A DNA stretch of 64,000 nt from Octopus vulgaris (lineage: Eukaryota): NCBI GenBank assembly GCA_951406725.2, contig OX597823.1, positions 3,534,001-3,598,000 of the forward strand, in the 5' to 3' direction. Position 1 is the stretch's first letter, and each line of letters starts with the position of its first letter. The notes under the pieces are model-generated. The model was not told the DNA's origin. It was given only the letters and a program-made list of their open reading frames with translations, and made no database searches. Both the position numbers and the translations under genes were made by a program. This document shows, in pieces, positions 1 to 13,637 of this stretch.

Positions 1-1424
1 ATATGGTTGGGAAGCTACTACTTAACCACACAACCACCTTTTACACACACACACACACACCTTTTCTAAAGCTTCAGTCTGTTTGAAATTGCTTTCACAT
101 TCTTGTACTCTTCTTCATTATTTTCACAATCACAATGTGATATACTTGGTTCTCAGTATGTTTTTTTTTTCTTTTATTCAAACTGTTTTGAACTGTATGT
201 ATGTGTATGGGTGCAGGTATAGTTGGTGTGGTAAGAAGGTTGCTTCCCAGTTCCATGATTTCAGGTTTATTTCCACTGTGTGGGACTTAAGGTTAGTGCC
301 TTCTATTATAGTTGTGGGTCAGCCAAAACCTCGTGAGTGAATTTGATAGATGTGAACCGAAAGAAACTGGTTGTGTATGCGAGTGTGTTAATGTTTCTTT
401 GCCTTGACATTGGGTGGTTGTTGTTGTTGTTGTTGCAAATTGAGTCACTGCCATGCAAGTGAGTGTCCTTCATTTCTGATCCTCTGTTGAAAGCATGTCT
501 GGTCAAATGGGGACATTACCTTACTTGGAAACAGGAAAGATGTCCAGCTGTAGAAAATCTTCTTCAACAAATTCTGTCTGAACACTGGAGGCAGTGAAAA
601 GTGGATGCTAAAACAATGATGATGATGGTGATTATTGAAGGATGTAATTAAACCAATCCTTTGAAGTACTGAGCACCAAACAAAAATATTTCAATGTACT
701 TCTATAATTCGTCATCACCTGCACAATGACTGCTTGTGTAAATATAAACATATGCTAGTGTACTGATGTACTTCATTATCAAAAGTTTCGTAAAAGAACC
801 ACTTATGGGTTCAATCCCACTGCACTGCACCTTTGTCAAGTGTCTTCTACTATGGCCCAGGCTGACCAAAACCTTGTGAGTGCATTTGGTTGGCAGAAAC
901 GTTAGAACACCAGGCAAAATGCTTAGCGGTTTTTCGTCTGCAGTTATGTTCTGAGTTTAAATTCTACCGAGGTCGACTTTGCCTTTCATCCTTTTGGGGT
1001 CGATAAATTAAGTACCAGTTATGAACTGGGGTCGATGTAATCGACTTAATCTCTTTGTCCTTGTTTGGCCCCTTTTGGGCAATAAAGAAATAAGAAACTG
1101 GAAGAAGCCCATCATGCTTCGTGCAGATACATCTTGGAAAGCCATATTAACTGAAGTATTTATCCTGAGGTTCTGCTTATAGATGTACTGTATTAAATAA
1201 CATTGAAATATTATCAGTAGCAGAAGAAACTCCTTTGGCAGTGGTATGGCTACATGTGCATTTCTGCCTCTTTTGGCTTTGTCAGCAGCATGTGCCCATT
1301 AGAAACTGCATGCTAAAACAGAATCTGTTGTCACTGATATAGGAAAACAGTGATTGAAAAACCACTAATGTTGCAGTTAGCTGGTCGACTGAATAAAAAT
1401 TTATGTGCAACAGAAGTAGTATTA

Positions 1425-2153
1425 TTTCTCTCTGAAAAGTTACAAAAGATATGCGGCCCATATGACATCAGGACGGTATTCAAGAGTAATACAACACTTC
1501 GCAAATATCTCCTTCGAGTAAAACCATCAATAGAAGAGAATATGACCAAGAACTGCTTGTATTCCATCCCATGCAGCTGTGGTAGGTTATACAAGGGTGA
1601 AACATGCTGTCCCCTCAAAATAAGGGTAGATGAACATCGCAAAGCTGTGACACGTGGAGATATTGATAAATCGGGTATAGCTGATCATGTATGGAAAACT
1701 GGAGACCACCTCCCCCTGTGGGATGAAGTTAAAAAAATAGACAGAGAACACCACTGGAAAATACGGAAACTAAAAGAAGCAGAACATATGCTAGGACACA
1801 ACAACCTCCTAAGTAGACCCAAGTGCAGATATGAGTAGCATATGGGAACCAGTATTAAGGAAGGATAGGAAAATATTAGATTTATAAGCCCTAAAATTCA
1901 CTCCATAATTGCCCACAGGCATATAGCTTAGTGGTTAAGAGTGCAGGTTACTAACCCCAAGATCCCGAGTTTGATTCCAGGCAGTGACCTGAGTAATAAT
2001 AATAATAGTAACATCGAAAAATACCTTAGGAATGAGAACCCAGGTTCGAAATTTCCTCAAGACACCTGATGAAGGCTGGAGGGTATATCAGCCAAAACAT
2101 GTTAACAACAAACACGATGTAAATAATTCCTCATCTCTTAAATATAGAACTGT
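1425..2153 (+). mobile_element. 5'-truncated Penelope-like element: GIY-YIG endonuclease remnant plus 3' terminal module (tRNA-like segment and hammerhead)
   Basis: ORF 1350-1838 contains LYSIPCSCGRLYKGET...RVDEH...SGIADH, typical of Penelope-like element (PLE) GIY-YIG domains with Cys/His ligands. It is flanked by a 13-bp direct repeat AGAAGTAGTATTA at 1412-1424 and 2154-2166. Confidence 0.88.
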
Positions 2154-2369
2154 AGAAGTAGTATTAGTTTAAAATAGCCATCTGTGTATTATACTTAATG
2201 CAGATATATCTTGGAAAGCCTAATTAACTGTGTTGTTCATCCAGGGATAATATCGCGTATCAATGTACGGTGTTGAATAACACAAAGCAGTGTTATGAAG
2301 AGCAGTGCTGGTACTGCTAGTCCTGGCATTTGGTCCTCAAACTAGGAACCTTGTGTAGAGTGTGGTTGT

Positions 2370-2722
2370 CTCAAAAAGAAATTGTGTTGAGGAAGATGAA
2401 AGCTTTTTGAAAACATTCATAACAGGCGATGACTCCTGGGTCTGTGACTATGACCCTGAAACCAAGGCAAAATTCAAATCCCAATTGTAAGGAGCAACAT
2501 TTCAAAACTTTGAGGAAATCCAAGAAAATCCAACGAGGTTGTTGCTTGCTATTCTCAAAAAGGAGTCCCAGGAAAGCTTTCCTCAATGGAAACAATGCTG
2601 GATAAAGTGTGTGGCTTGAGAAGGAGGGGGACTACTTGAAAGGAGGTTAAATGCCAAATTGGAATGTGTTGCAGTTTTGTTTTTAAAGCACCACTCCTGG
2701 TAGTTTTTAATCAGACCTCGTA
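2370..2722 (+). mobile_element. Internally deleted, degenerate Tc1/mariner transposon relic
   Basis: Fragments FLKTFITGDDSWVCDYDPETK (first catalytic D motif) and QWKQCWIKCVA*EGG. Ends in TIR-like ...TTTTTAATCAGACCTCGTA. Confidence 0.75.
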
Positions 2723-5700
2723 TAGAAGTGTCTGTCTATTAAATGTAGTTGAGAAGGTCATCGTATGCAGTTTCATTTTTAATTGGTCTGTTTGAGGTGG
2801 AGGAGGAGGAGAGAACGTTGCTCTCTTTGATAGAAATACAGAAACAACTTGATGGGGTTAATGAGTGAAATTATATATCCAGTTTAAATTACTGCTGATG
2901 AATAACGGGAGAAAATGAGGTGGCAAGCTGACCGAATCGTCAGCATACTGGGCAAAATGTTCACAAGGCATTTCACCAATCTCTGCATTCTGAGTTCAAA
3001 TTCTGGCGAGGTGGACTTTGCCGTTCGTCCTTTCAGGCTTGATAAAATAAGTACCAGTTTCGTGCTGGGGTTGATGTAATCAACTTCTCTCCTCCTCGAA
3101 ATTGCCGGCCTTGTGCCGAAATTTTAAACCAATAATTGGAGAAAATGGACAATAAAGGAGTTTCAGAAAAACAGTAAGATGGGTTGGACAGTGTTTAGGG
3201 TTTAGTGTAAATGATGAAATACAGGGGAGAGGGAACAAAAGGAGGAGGAGGAGGCAGCAAGGGTACAAGGGGGGGAGGTTATTGTTTAGCTCCAGGTCAT
3301 CTTTAACCCTTTTACACGTAGATTACTCAGTCAAATGTAATGCTTATTTATTTCAAATTGTTCTGAATTAATCATGCATTATCTTGTAGCTTGAGGTTAT
3401 TTTCAAATGGCATTGTAGGATAGGTGTGAGAGGCTGGATCTGGCCAGTTTGAACATGAAATGCATAGCAGAATATTTGGGTCGGATGTGCTGGTTTGAAT
3501 GCAGAAGGGTTAACAGATCAAGTTTTTGATTAAAGGTGTTGTGTTTCACTGGGAGCGGCAGGGAGTCAGCAGGGTTTAGAAAATGGAGGAGAAACTGCGG
3601 AGGCGGAGGTGGAGAGGGGGAGTAAGAAGATAAAGGGTCAACTGGTGATTATAGTGTTGTTGACAGTATATTAAGCTATCAGTATGGTGTGTGTGTGTGT
3701 GGTAGGTGCTTTGTTCTGGTTATGTGAACTATTAATTAAATATAATCACTTCAAATATTGTAGCTTCTGAGAGAGAGAGAGATGGGTTTGACCATCATGT
3801 TGTTGACTGTCTATTTTTGGTAATTTACGTAAGCCTCTACTTATGTTGCTCTTAACATCCGTCCACACAAACTGGCAACTTGGTCGCTTGTTCTTCATTT
3901 CAAGCTCTCCTCTTGACACTTCTAAACACTCCTCTCTCTCTCTCTCCCCCCCTGTACCCCATCCTCTCCGCACACATCCTCAGGTTCATGCTGTTTATTT
4001 GCTGCTGGTATGTGTATAATAAAAATGAATAATTAGTGTGCCAGATGCTCTTGTCATGGATTGGAAAGCACAGGCATGGCTGTGAGGATAAGAAGTTTGC
4101 TTACCACTCTTGTGGCCTCAGGTTCAATCCCACTGCATTCCACCTTGGGCAGATGTCTGCTGTAGATACAAACATGGCTGTGATTAAGAAGTTCACTTCC
4201 CATATAGTTTCAGGTTGAATGTCACTGTGCGGCAGCACTTTGAGCAGGTCTTCTATAACCCTGTGTTGATGAAAGCCTTGAGTGGATCCATTAAAAACTG
4301 AAAGAAACACACACACACACACATATATGCGTGCTTGTGTGTGTGTGTGTGTGCGTGCGTGCGTGCATATGAGTGACCATGTTTATGTGAGTTAGTATTT
4401 TCCTCCTCTTTGCGTGTGTTTGCTGGTGGCCTCCCAAGCAAACATTGTTGTTTGCAGTCCAGGCTTCTTTGTGGTCTGTTTCGTTTGGAAACCAGCAGGA
4501 GGTTGGCATTAGGAAGGACATAGAAAAACTATTCTCGTTTGACCCAAGCAAGCACAGAAAAATAGTCATTAAGATGATGATTGATTAAATTGTACTTCTT
4601 TCACAATTGGAGATTTTTCTGCCAATTTGCTCTGTTTTTTTTCTTCGTTTTATATTAACTCTTGACCATTTTTCTTGTAAAATAAATACATGAGTAACAA
4701 TTTATTTTGAAAGTAATGAAGAATTTATTAAAGTAGCTTTTTCATTCTGCTTGTTTTGGACCAGAACTTCACAGAAAGTTCTTATATAAAATAATGGTGT
4801 AATATTGGTATCAAATTTTGGCACAAGGCCAGCAAGTTCAGGGGAGGGGGTAAGTAGATTATATCCACCCCAGTGCTTAACTGGTACTTATCTTATTGAC
4901 CCCCAAAAGAATGAAAGGCAAAATTGACCTCAGCAGAATTTGAACTCAGAATATGAAGTCTGACGAAATACTGCTCAGCATTTCAGCCGGTGTGCTAACA
5001 ATTCTGCCTTGGAAATAATCATGTTAAATTATGAACTCTTTAATCTTTTTTGATCCCAACCCTTGTTCTATGATACCAATTCTTTGTTTTAAAGTGTTTT
5101 AAATTAAAAACCTCCCACTAAAATTTCCTGCTATTTTACTTTCTAATCACCAGCTTCATAATGTGACTAACCTCTTTGTTATTTTCAAGATGAATTGAAA
5201 AAAAAGATAGTATATTCCAAGAGAAATAGGGCAGTGAAAGGGATTAAGATGAGAGGTTTTGTAATTTAGACGTAGCAGTGGCCTCAGGTGTGTTCAGCAT
5301 CGTTCAAATTACCTTTTCTTTGTTCCTGACTGGAATCTAAATTTCTGTGGCAAGACAAGTGATGTATGATAGCAGAGGGGGAGTTGGTAGCCTGTTACTT
5401 GAGGCAAGATAACCAACTGTTGTGTTTTCTGTTGGGATAACACTGAGGATAGCTTAAACATTCTCCATATTATATTCTGTCTTTTCTCTTTGAATTCACA
5501 ATAGTGTTGTGTCTGCAGAAAGAAATCAATATTTTAGTGAAAACAAGGCGGCTGAATCGTGAGCATGCCAGGCGAAATGCTTAGCGATATTACGTCTGAC
5601 TCTCCTACACTCTGAGTTCATATTCCACCAAGGTCGACTTTGCCTTTTATTGACCCCTTTCGGGGTCAATAAATTAAATACCAGTTGTGTACTGGGGTCA

Positions 5701-6351
5701 ATCTAATCGACTTTCCGCCTCCTCAAAGATTTTGAGCTTTGTGCCTAGAATAGAAAAGAATTCTTAGCATGTGAAAGTAGTGAGCTGGTAGAAATGTTGG
5801 CAAAGTGCTCAGGGGTATTTCGTCTGTCGTTATGTTCGGAGTTCAAATTCTGCTGAGGTCAAGTTTGCCTTTAATCCTTTTGGGGTCGATAAATTAAGTA
5901 CCAGTTGTGTGCTACGGGTCAATCTAATCAACTGCCCCCCCCCAATATTTCTGGCCTTGTGCCTAAAGTAGGAAAAAAAAAATTTTGTGGAAAGAAACCT
6001 TGAAATTAACAAATCAATATTGATTATCATAGGCTTCTCCCCTAATACTATCAGATTACTTGGGTATGTGTATAATTTATATATATTTTATCTTGTTTCA
6101 GGCGTTGAACTGTGGCCATGCTGGGGGATTACCATGAAGGGTTTAATCAAACAAATGGACCTCAGTACTTATTTTAAATCTGGTGCTTATTTTATTGGTC
6201 TCTTTTGCCAAACTGTTAAATTATGGGGACATAAACAAACCAACACCAGCTGTCAAGCTTGGCAAATGCACACACACACACCCATGTGTATGAGATAAGC
6301 TTCCCTACAGCTTCTGTCTGGCAAATTTACTCACAAGGCATTGGCTAGCCT

Positions 6352-6785
6352 TGCATTCTGAGTTCAAATTCTGGCGAGGTGGACTTTGCTGTTCGTCCTT
6401 TCAGGGTTGATAAAATAAGTACCAGTTTTGTGCTGGGGTTGATGTAATCAACTTATCCTCTCCTCGAAATTGCCGGCCTTGTGCCAAAATTTTAAACCAA
6501 TAATTAAAGAAAATGGACAATAAAGGAGTTTTAGAGAAACACAGTAAGATGGGTTGGACAGTGTTTAGTGTAAATGATGACATACAGGGGAGAGGGGACA
6601 AAAGGAAGAGGAGGAGGAGGCAGCAAGGGTACAGAGGGGGGGGGTATTGTTTAGCTCCAGGTCATCTTTAACCCTTTTACACGTAGATTACTCAGTCAAA
6701 TGTAATGCTTATTTATTCAAATTGTTTTGAATTAATCATGCATTATCTCGTAGCTTGAGGTTATTTTCAAATGGCATTGTAGGAT
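6352..6785 (+). repeat. Local ~435-bp duplication of 2984-3421
   Basis: Near-identical sequence across the SINE tail, unique spacer and MITE left arm. Confidence 0.93.
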
Positions 6786-8604
6786 GCTTGCCGAAGGTGC
6801 CATGCAGTGGGACTGAACCTGAAACCATGTGGCTGCAAAGCAATGTTCTTGAACCTCTCCCCGCCTCTCCCTCTCTCTCTAGCTCATGTGTCATCCCCAG
6901 CATAGCAAGACAAATGCTTGTGTTGATATGATAGGTTGCTTGTAAATTCACCGTTTAAATGCCAACACTTGTGGAAGTGTTTGAGTCTTATTTAGCCCTC
7001 GGTCATCGACCCTCCCATCATTAGACAATGCATGAGGTTGCAACAATTTCTTTAATTGTTAGAAACGTTCGCACACGGGACGAGTATTTCATCTGTCTTT
7101 ACATTCTGAATTCAAATTCCACCAAGGTCGACTTTGCTTTTCTTCCTTTCGGGGTCAATAAATTAAGTACCAGTTGCATACTGGGGTCAATTTAATTGAC
7201 TGGCCCCTTCCCCCAAAATTTTGGGTGTTGTGCCTAGAGTAGAAAAGGTTATTTAACCCCTGGTCAGCATTGATGATGGAATGGGTTTCTTGTAATCTTA
7301 GACATTTAAGTATTTGGTTCCTTCTTCTGCTGCAAACGTTTACTCAGTTGGGTGTCCTTCTTGCTACGAACAATTCACCTCACATTTTGAAGCAAGTGGA
7401 GGAGTTTAGTGGGTCTTGGGACACGGCTGGATAGCAACAGTAAGATTTGAACTCTTCAGTGGTATTTATTTTACCGACCCTGGATAGGTGCACTGTAACC
7501 ACAGAGCCCCTTATTTTTATCTTGTCTTTGACTGTGGCCATACCGGGGCACTTCCTTAAATCAGGTGAATTGACACCAATACTTTTTCTTTTAAAGCCTG
7601 GTACTTATTCTGTTGATCTCTTTTGCTGAACTGCTAAGTGCAAAAAAAAAACCCAACATTAGTTGTCAAGCAGTAGTTCGCCCCCCCCCCCAACTGGCTT
7701 CTTTCAGTTTCTGCTTACCAAATCCATTCACAAGGCTTTGGTTGGCCCGAGGCTGTAGTAGTAGTACACTTGGCCAAGGTGCCTTGCAGTGGGACTGAAC
7801 CGAGAACCGTATGGTTGGGAAGGGAACTTCTTACCACACAGCCATGCCTGCACCCCTATCCATATTTTGGGTTCTACAACATGTACACTGATCAAGCAGT
7901 AGATAAATGTATATTGAGGCCATGTTGCTTGAAAAAAATCAAAATCTCCTGCTAAATGGCTAGACACCATTAGAAGACCTGAAGCTCTTCATGGGTTTGT
8001 GTTAAGAATACATATTGGAGATGAACCCCATTGCTGCACTGACTGGAAAGTGTCTTTGTCAAAGAGCAAGAGCTTCCATATTGCATTATATTGCACCTTC
8101 ATTTTATGAACTGCAACAGCATTTGGTCGGTTCCCAATGCACCAATTCCTGCGTCACTCTGTTTTTTATAGTAAGAGGGACTAGCGAATGTTATTGCCAC
8201 TTGGACAGATTAAATACCACAAGGTATTTTTTACTCAACATACTGGTTTTCCCACTGATGTTTACAATCTTTAGCCAGTATATCTGATATATATGTGCAT
8301 TAAATGTATATACAAACATTTGTTTATATATATATCATTATATTTTGGTCTTTAAAATAGATGTACTGTGTTGTAAACGAGGGACTAAAAAGAGTTAGTA
8401 TCATGGAGGATATCTAAGCTGTAAAACATTTAAACATCGCCCCCCCCCAACCCATTCCTGTCTAACCCATGCTAGCAAGGAAAAGTGGTCCTAAAAATGG
8501 TGATACAAACGCACAAATGTTTCTCATAGTTTCCACTTGCCAAATTTCTTTGTCTGTGAATAGGTCAGCTTTAGACTTATACAACATCTGTTCAGTTTTA
8601 TTAT

Positions 8605-8783
8605 TATTATTTACATTTGATGGATATTTGTCCTCATCTTGTTTGTTGTTAACACAATGTTTCGGCTGATAGACCCTCCAGCATTCATCAGGTGTCTTGG
8701 GGAAATTTCAAACCTGCCTGGGTTCTCATTCCTAAGGTATTTTTCGATGTTATCATCATTATTATTATTCATGTCACTGCCTG
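8605..8783 (-). mobile_element. Hammerhead-containing repeat, 5'-truncated (copy 2)
   Basis: Homologous to the module above. Core CTGATGA...CAGCCGAAACATTGTGTT at 8651-8696. Confidence 0.82.
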
Positions 8784-9389
8784 TATTATCATTATTATTA
8801 TTATTATTTAGACAGTGAGCTGGTAGAATTCTTATTCTGCTGGACAAAATACTTGGTGACATTTAATCCAGCTTTATGTTCTGAGTTCAAATTCCACCAA
8901 GGTCGACTTTGCCTTTCATCCTTTTGGGGTCGATGAAATAAGTACCAGTTACACACTGGGGTCAATGTAATCGGTTAGTCCCCTCCACCAAAATTTCAGA
9001 CTTTGTGCCTTTAGTAGAAAGGATTATTATTATTAAAAGTGTTGAACTGATATCATTTTGATATTCTTTATTATCCTTTAATGTTTTGAGTTTAGGTAAC
9101 AAGGAATCGGTTCCTGCGACTACACTTCTCTGCAAACTACTCTCTGTTGCTATTCAGCTTTTGTAGTATGAAAGATGTCTTTATAGAAAGACAATTCCTA
9201 GCACACACACACACACCACATGAAGATTTTTTTCATTTTCAATCACCATATTCTTGAGATATATAGTTTCCTTTCTTTTCTTTCTTTTCACAGTCCTTGT
9301 TATTTTATTGATAAATCTTCGATTCACCATTGTTAATAATCCTTTTTTTTCTTTTTTTTCTAACTTCTTGTTTCCAGTTGAGTAGCAAA

Positions 9390-9627
9390 ATGGGATTGCT
9401 GTGCCGGTATTATAAGCAAAAATATCCTGAAGTGGATGATGTGGTAATGGTGAACGTGCGTTCCATTGCTGAAATGGGGGCCTATGTACATTTATTAGAA
9501 TATAATGACATTGAAGGAATGATCCTGCTCAGTGAATTATCCCGACGACGTATCCGATCAATTAATAAACTTATCCGTGTTGGCCGAAGTGAATGTGTTG
9601 TTGTTATTCGAGTTGACAAAAACAAAG
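9390..9627 (+). CDS. EIF2S1: eIF2-alpha coding exon 1 (S1 domain, Ser51 loop)
   Basis: ATG at 9390 (AAAATGG). Translates [79 protein letters not shown]. Acceptor tttccag ends 9377, donor G|gtaggt at 9628, 238 nt. Ser51 codon TCC at 9540-9542. Confidence 0.98.
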
Positions 9628-12600
9628 GTAGGTAGTATAGACCTTCCCCCTCGTTTTTATGTTTGCATTGGTTGGTTTCTGCAGCTGGATGCCTTTCCTG
9701 TCATCAACCCTCACCTGTTTTCAAGCACGGTAATATTTCCCCTCCATACCCAGATACGTTTCCACAGAATGTTGGAAACAAGAAGAACTGCTTGCATGAT
9801 GATGGCACATCATATCTCTCACACAACGTCCAGACAATAAAACATGCACTCACTCACTCACTCATCATTTTAAAGTCCACTTTTCCATGCTTGCATGGAT
9901 CAGGCGGAATTTGTCGAGGCAGATTTTCTATGGCTGGATGCCCTTCCTGTTGCTGACCCTCACCTGTTTTCAAACAAGGTAATAATTGCTCTTGGTTGCA
10001 CACATTTTCAATGAAAAGTGGAAGTGAACGACACTGCTTATATGACAGTGACACTCGCTTACAATTCTCACATCAAGACAAGGTGACAGAAACACACACA
10101 CGCATACACATACGTACATAGAGAACAATTTTGAATATAAAATAATTTTTAATACTAAGTTTCATTTAAAGGCAGTGAGCTGACCGAATTGTTAGCATGC
10201 TGGGCGAAATGCTTGGCACCATTTCGCCTGTCTTCACGTGCTGAGTTCAAATTCTGCTGAGATCAACTTTGCCTTTCATCCTTTTGGGGTTGATAAAGTA
10301 AATACCAGTGAAATACTGGGATCCATGTAACTAACTTAGTACCTTCCCCGAAATGACTAGCCTTGTGGCAAAATTTGAAGTCAGTATTGTCATTTGAATG
10401 AAGTTTGATTTAAAATAAAAATATGTTACCGACATCAAAATTAATGTGGGATGACCAACGGGTCTGTTTATATTCTGAAGTTATGTTTATGTGTGTAAAT
10501 CATATTGGTGTGTGCATCTCATGCATATACCGTTTATATCCATTTTCTGAATGGACTTGTATAGCCAGCAGTACTCTTAAAGTTAGTAAAACCACCCACT
10601 TATTTTCACACACACACACACACACACACACGTGTAGTGGATTAAATTCAACCACACATGCATTCACACAGACATCTTAGACACCACACACACACCACAC
10701 CACACACACACCACACCACACACACACCACACCACACACATGCTTATTTTATTTCAGAATATAGGTAGACCTGTTAATTAACATCACCATCATTTAATGT
10801 CCCCTTTTCATTGGTTTGATGGTTTGAGAAGAACAGATGAGCCTGAGGGTTCTGTCTGTTTCGCCATCGTTTCTACAGCTGGATGCTGCCCTTCCAAATG
10901 CCAGTCACTTAAGAGTGTACTGGGCACATATTTTAGAGTGGGTTAAATATTTTTTTTAATCAAATTTTCAGATGGTAATTATATTTTTATGTTAAAACTT
11001 ACTCTGTATTTATAATTGTTTTCATTATCATCACCATTATTTTGATGTCCATTTCCCCATCCTTGCATGGGTCAGACGGAATCTGTTGAGGCAAGTTTTC
11101 TGTAGCTGGATGCTCTTCCTGTCACCAACCCTCACCTGTTTCCAAGTAGGATAATAATTCCTTTGTTGACTGAATAACAAAACAGTTCAGACATAGTTAC
11201 AATTCTCCTTTGTTTAAAAAGATCACACAACTTGTCCAGACATGTCACAAAGCCCAGATCTGCTTTCCCAGTTGTGTTTGATAGTGAAACAGCTGTGTGT
11301 TTGTTTACTATCAACAAACAAATGCCAAGGAGAAATATGAAATCTCTCACATAAACAAACACACACACACATCATTCATCATCATCATCATCATGGGTTG
11401 GATGGTTTGACAGGAGCTGGCAAAGCCGGGGGCCGCACCAGGTTCCATTGTCTCTATTTTGGCACAGTTTCTACAGCTGGATGCTCTTCCTAATGCCAAT
11501 TGAAGGTAATGTCAAGGTAGGCATAAGTTTCTTATCATCAAACACAGGTCTTTCATGTACAAAATACAGATATAAAAGACTGTTGTTGCTATAGTAACAA
11601 ATAAAAACCTGTAATCTTAGTGGAACAAGGAAGTAAAAACCACAAACAAACTAGTTGCTCGGTCAACACCAAAATCTATTATTGTGTTGGAATGTCTTTC
11701 ATATGAACTACATTTACTAGTCTTTGGAAACAGACCGTTTTCCTTCACAGTAATAAAACTCCCCCAGTTTAAAGCAATTAGCTAAATTGTTTAGCCTTTT
11801 CGTAACCATATTTCCATCGAAATGCATCTCCTCTGTTTCAATTAGTTTCAAAAATAATGAAGACTTTATGCAAGTGACTTATTAATTAAGCTGGTGGTTG
11901 GAATTGAAATTAACAGGAAATTTTGATGGGAGGATTTAAGTGAGATCGCTTTAAAACAAGGAAGTTGTATGATAATATCCAAGGCTGGTTTCCGATTCGT
12001 TTCGAAAGAGTTATTTTCTCAAATTACCAGTAATTACATTATTAAAAAGCAAAGTTAAAGGCAACCCCCTTTTTTAATGAAATAGAAAGAATTAAAACTG
12101 AAGTGAAAAGGAAGGACCCAGTAGAAGTCAGACTCTACGTTTGTAGGTGCAGATGTGGTTCTGAGGTCAAGAAGTTTGCCAAGGAACCATGGGGTTAGGG
12201 TTTCAATCCTACTGTGTGAACATTGTTGCTTGACATTCTATTCTATGACCATGACAGAAATTGAAGTAACCTGTCGTGTGTGTGTGTGTGTGTTTCCCTC
12301 CTTCTTTCACATGTGTTCCCTGACCCCTAAATGGCATGCTGTCCATACAGGTAATGTCCTATGCTTTTTCACCAACTGTAAAAGCACGTGCTGCATTCTT
12401 GACATAGCCTCCTCACATGTATTGTGAAAGCTTTGTAAACAAAAGGCTCATCCAAACTGGGTTGTCTTGGATGTGTTCACAGTAGAAGGCTTACTTAGTC
12501 TGATGATGATGATGATGATGACAATGTCTTATTGATTCCACAGTTTATGAACTTCTTCTACGCCTTCTGTCTCCATCTCAAAAGTGGTTGTTTGAGTTTA

Positions 12601-13526
12601 ATCTTGTTGTTTTGTTGTTGGTTTGTTTATAAATTGCCAACTGCTTCATGTGACGACTGCTCAGTTGGTGTTGTCTTAACACTGAGCATTTGTGGCTTTC
12701 ATCCATATTTACTTAGGTCAGTTCACGTTTCCAATGATTCCACTGCCTGAGTCTTTCAACTCATTTCATTTTAAAAGTAGTCAAGAATTTGAATGGATTT
12801 TGTGAAATCACTTTTATCTGGCTTTTGTTTGGAACAGTCTTAAAGATTTCTTCCATGAAATTATGATGGAAGGTTTTGATTGAAATACCAATCCCCTTTT
12901 GTGGGTGTGGTTGTGCGGTTAGAAACTTTGCTTCCTAATTATGCAGTCTCAGGTTCAGGTCCACTGGGTGGCACCTTGGGTCAAGTGTCTTCAGGACTAT
13001 AGTCCTGAAGTGATCAAATCCTTATGGATGGATTTGGTAGACAGAAACTGAAGGAATCCTGTCATGTGGATGAATTCTTTATTGTCATGTACCACATCTG
13101 GCATAGTATTGCCCCCCCCCCCTCAGTTTACCATGAAAATAGACACCAATTCCATTTGGAAAGTTTTCTGTTTGCTAACACTCCTAAGTAGTATTTACTC
13201 TCTCAACCCTGAAAATGTTGGAGGAATGTTTTGCTAAATTTACTCCTGCAGCTTTGATATTTGGCCAAAGATTTGAGAGGAAATATGCAGTTATTGTTAT
13301 TATTTAGCCCTGGGTAAATCCAGATTGAATACATTTTAGAGTTGACCACACCCGTTGAATTCTGTCGCATCATACTTGCGCCTACATAAAGCAACATATC
13401 TCTTTTTAAAATTTTAGGGGACGTTTTTTTGTGTGTTTTTTGTTGTTGTACAGGCATGAATAGCAACATTTAAAGTAATTTGAAAACCTTCACTGTTGCT
13501 CCTAAATGTTTCTACTTTAATTTCAG

Positions 13527-13606
13527 GTTACATTGATTTGTCTAAAAGAAGAGTTTCCCCCGAAGAAGTAGAAAAATGTGAAGAGAAATATGCTAAAGCT
13601 AAGACT
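13527..13606 (+). CDS. EIF2S1: eIF2-alpha coding exon 2
   Basis: tttcag|...|gtaagc; (G)[26 protein letters not shown]; 80 nt, phase 1 to 0. Confidence 0.97.
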
Positions 13607-13637
13607 GTAAGCATCACAGGCTCATTTTTTGCCATCC

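Noticed and set aside
1918-1990. Functional tRNA gene (apparent ACT anticodon)
   Set aside because: The acceptor stem does not pair properly and the segment is part of a diverged multi-copy repeat; it is a tRNA-derived head.
1-9377. EIF2S1 promoter and non-coding first exon
   Set aside because: Implied by the acceptor at 9377, but no recognisable promoter or exon could be supported; it may lie outside the window. The same applies to LMBRD2 beyond 60077.
9628-9635. Tandem donor GTAGGTAG in EIF2S1
   Set aside because: Use of the second GT would shift the frame by 4 nt, and there is no evidence without RNA data.
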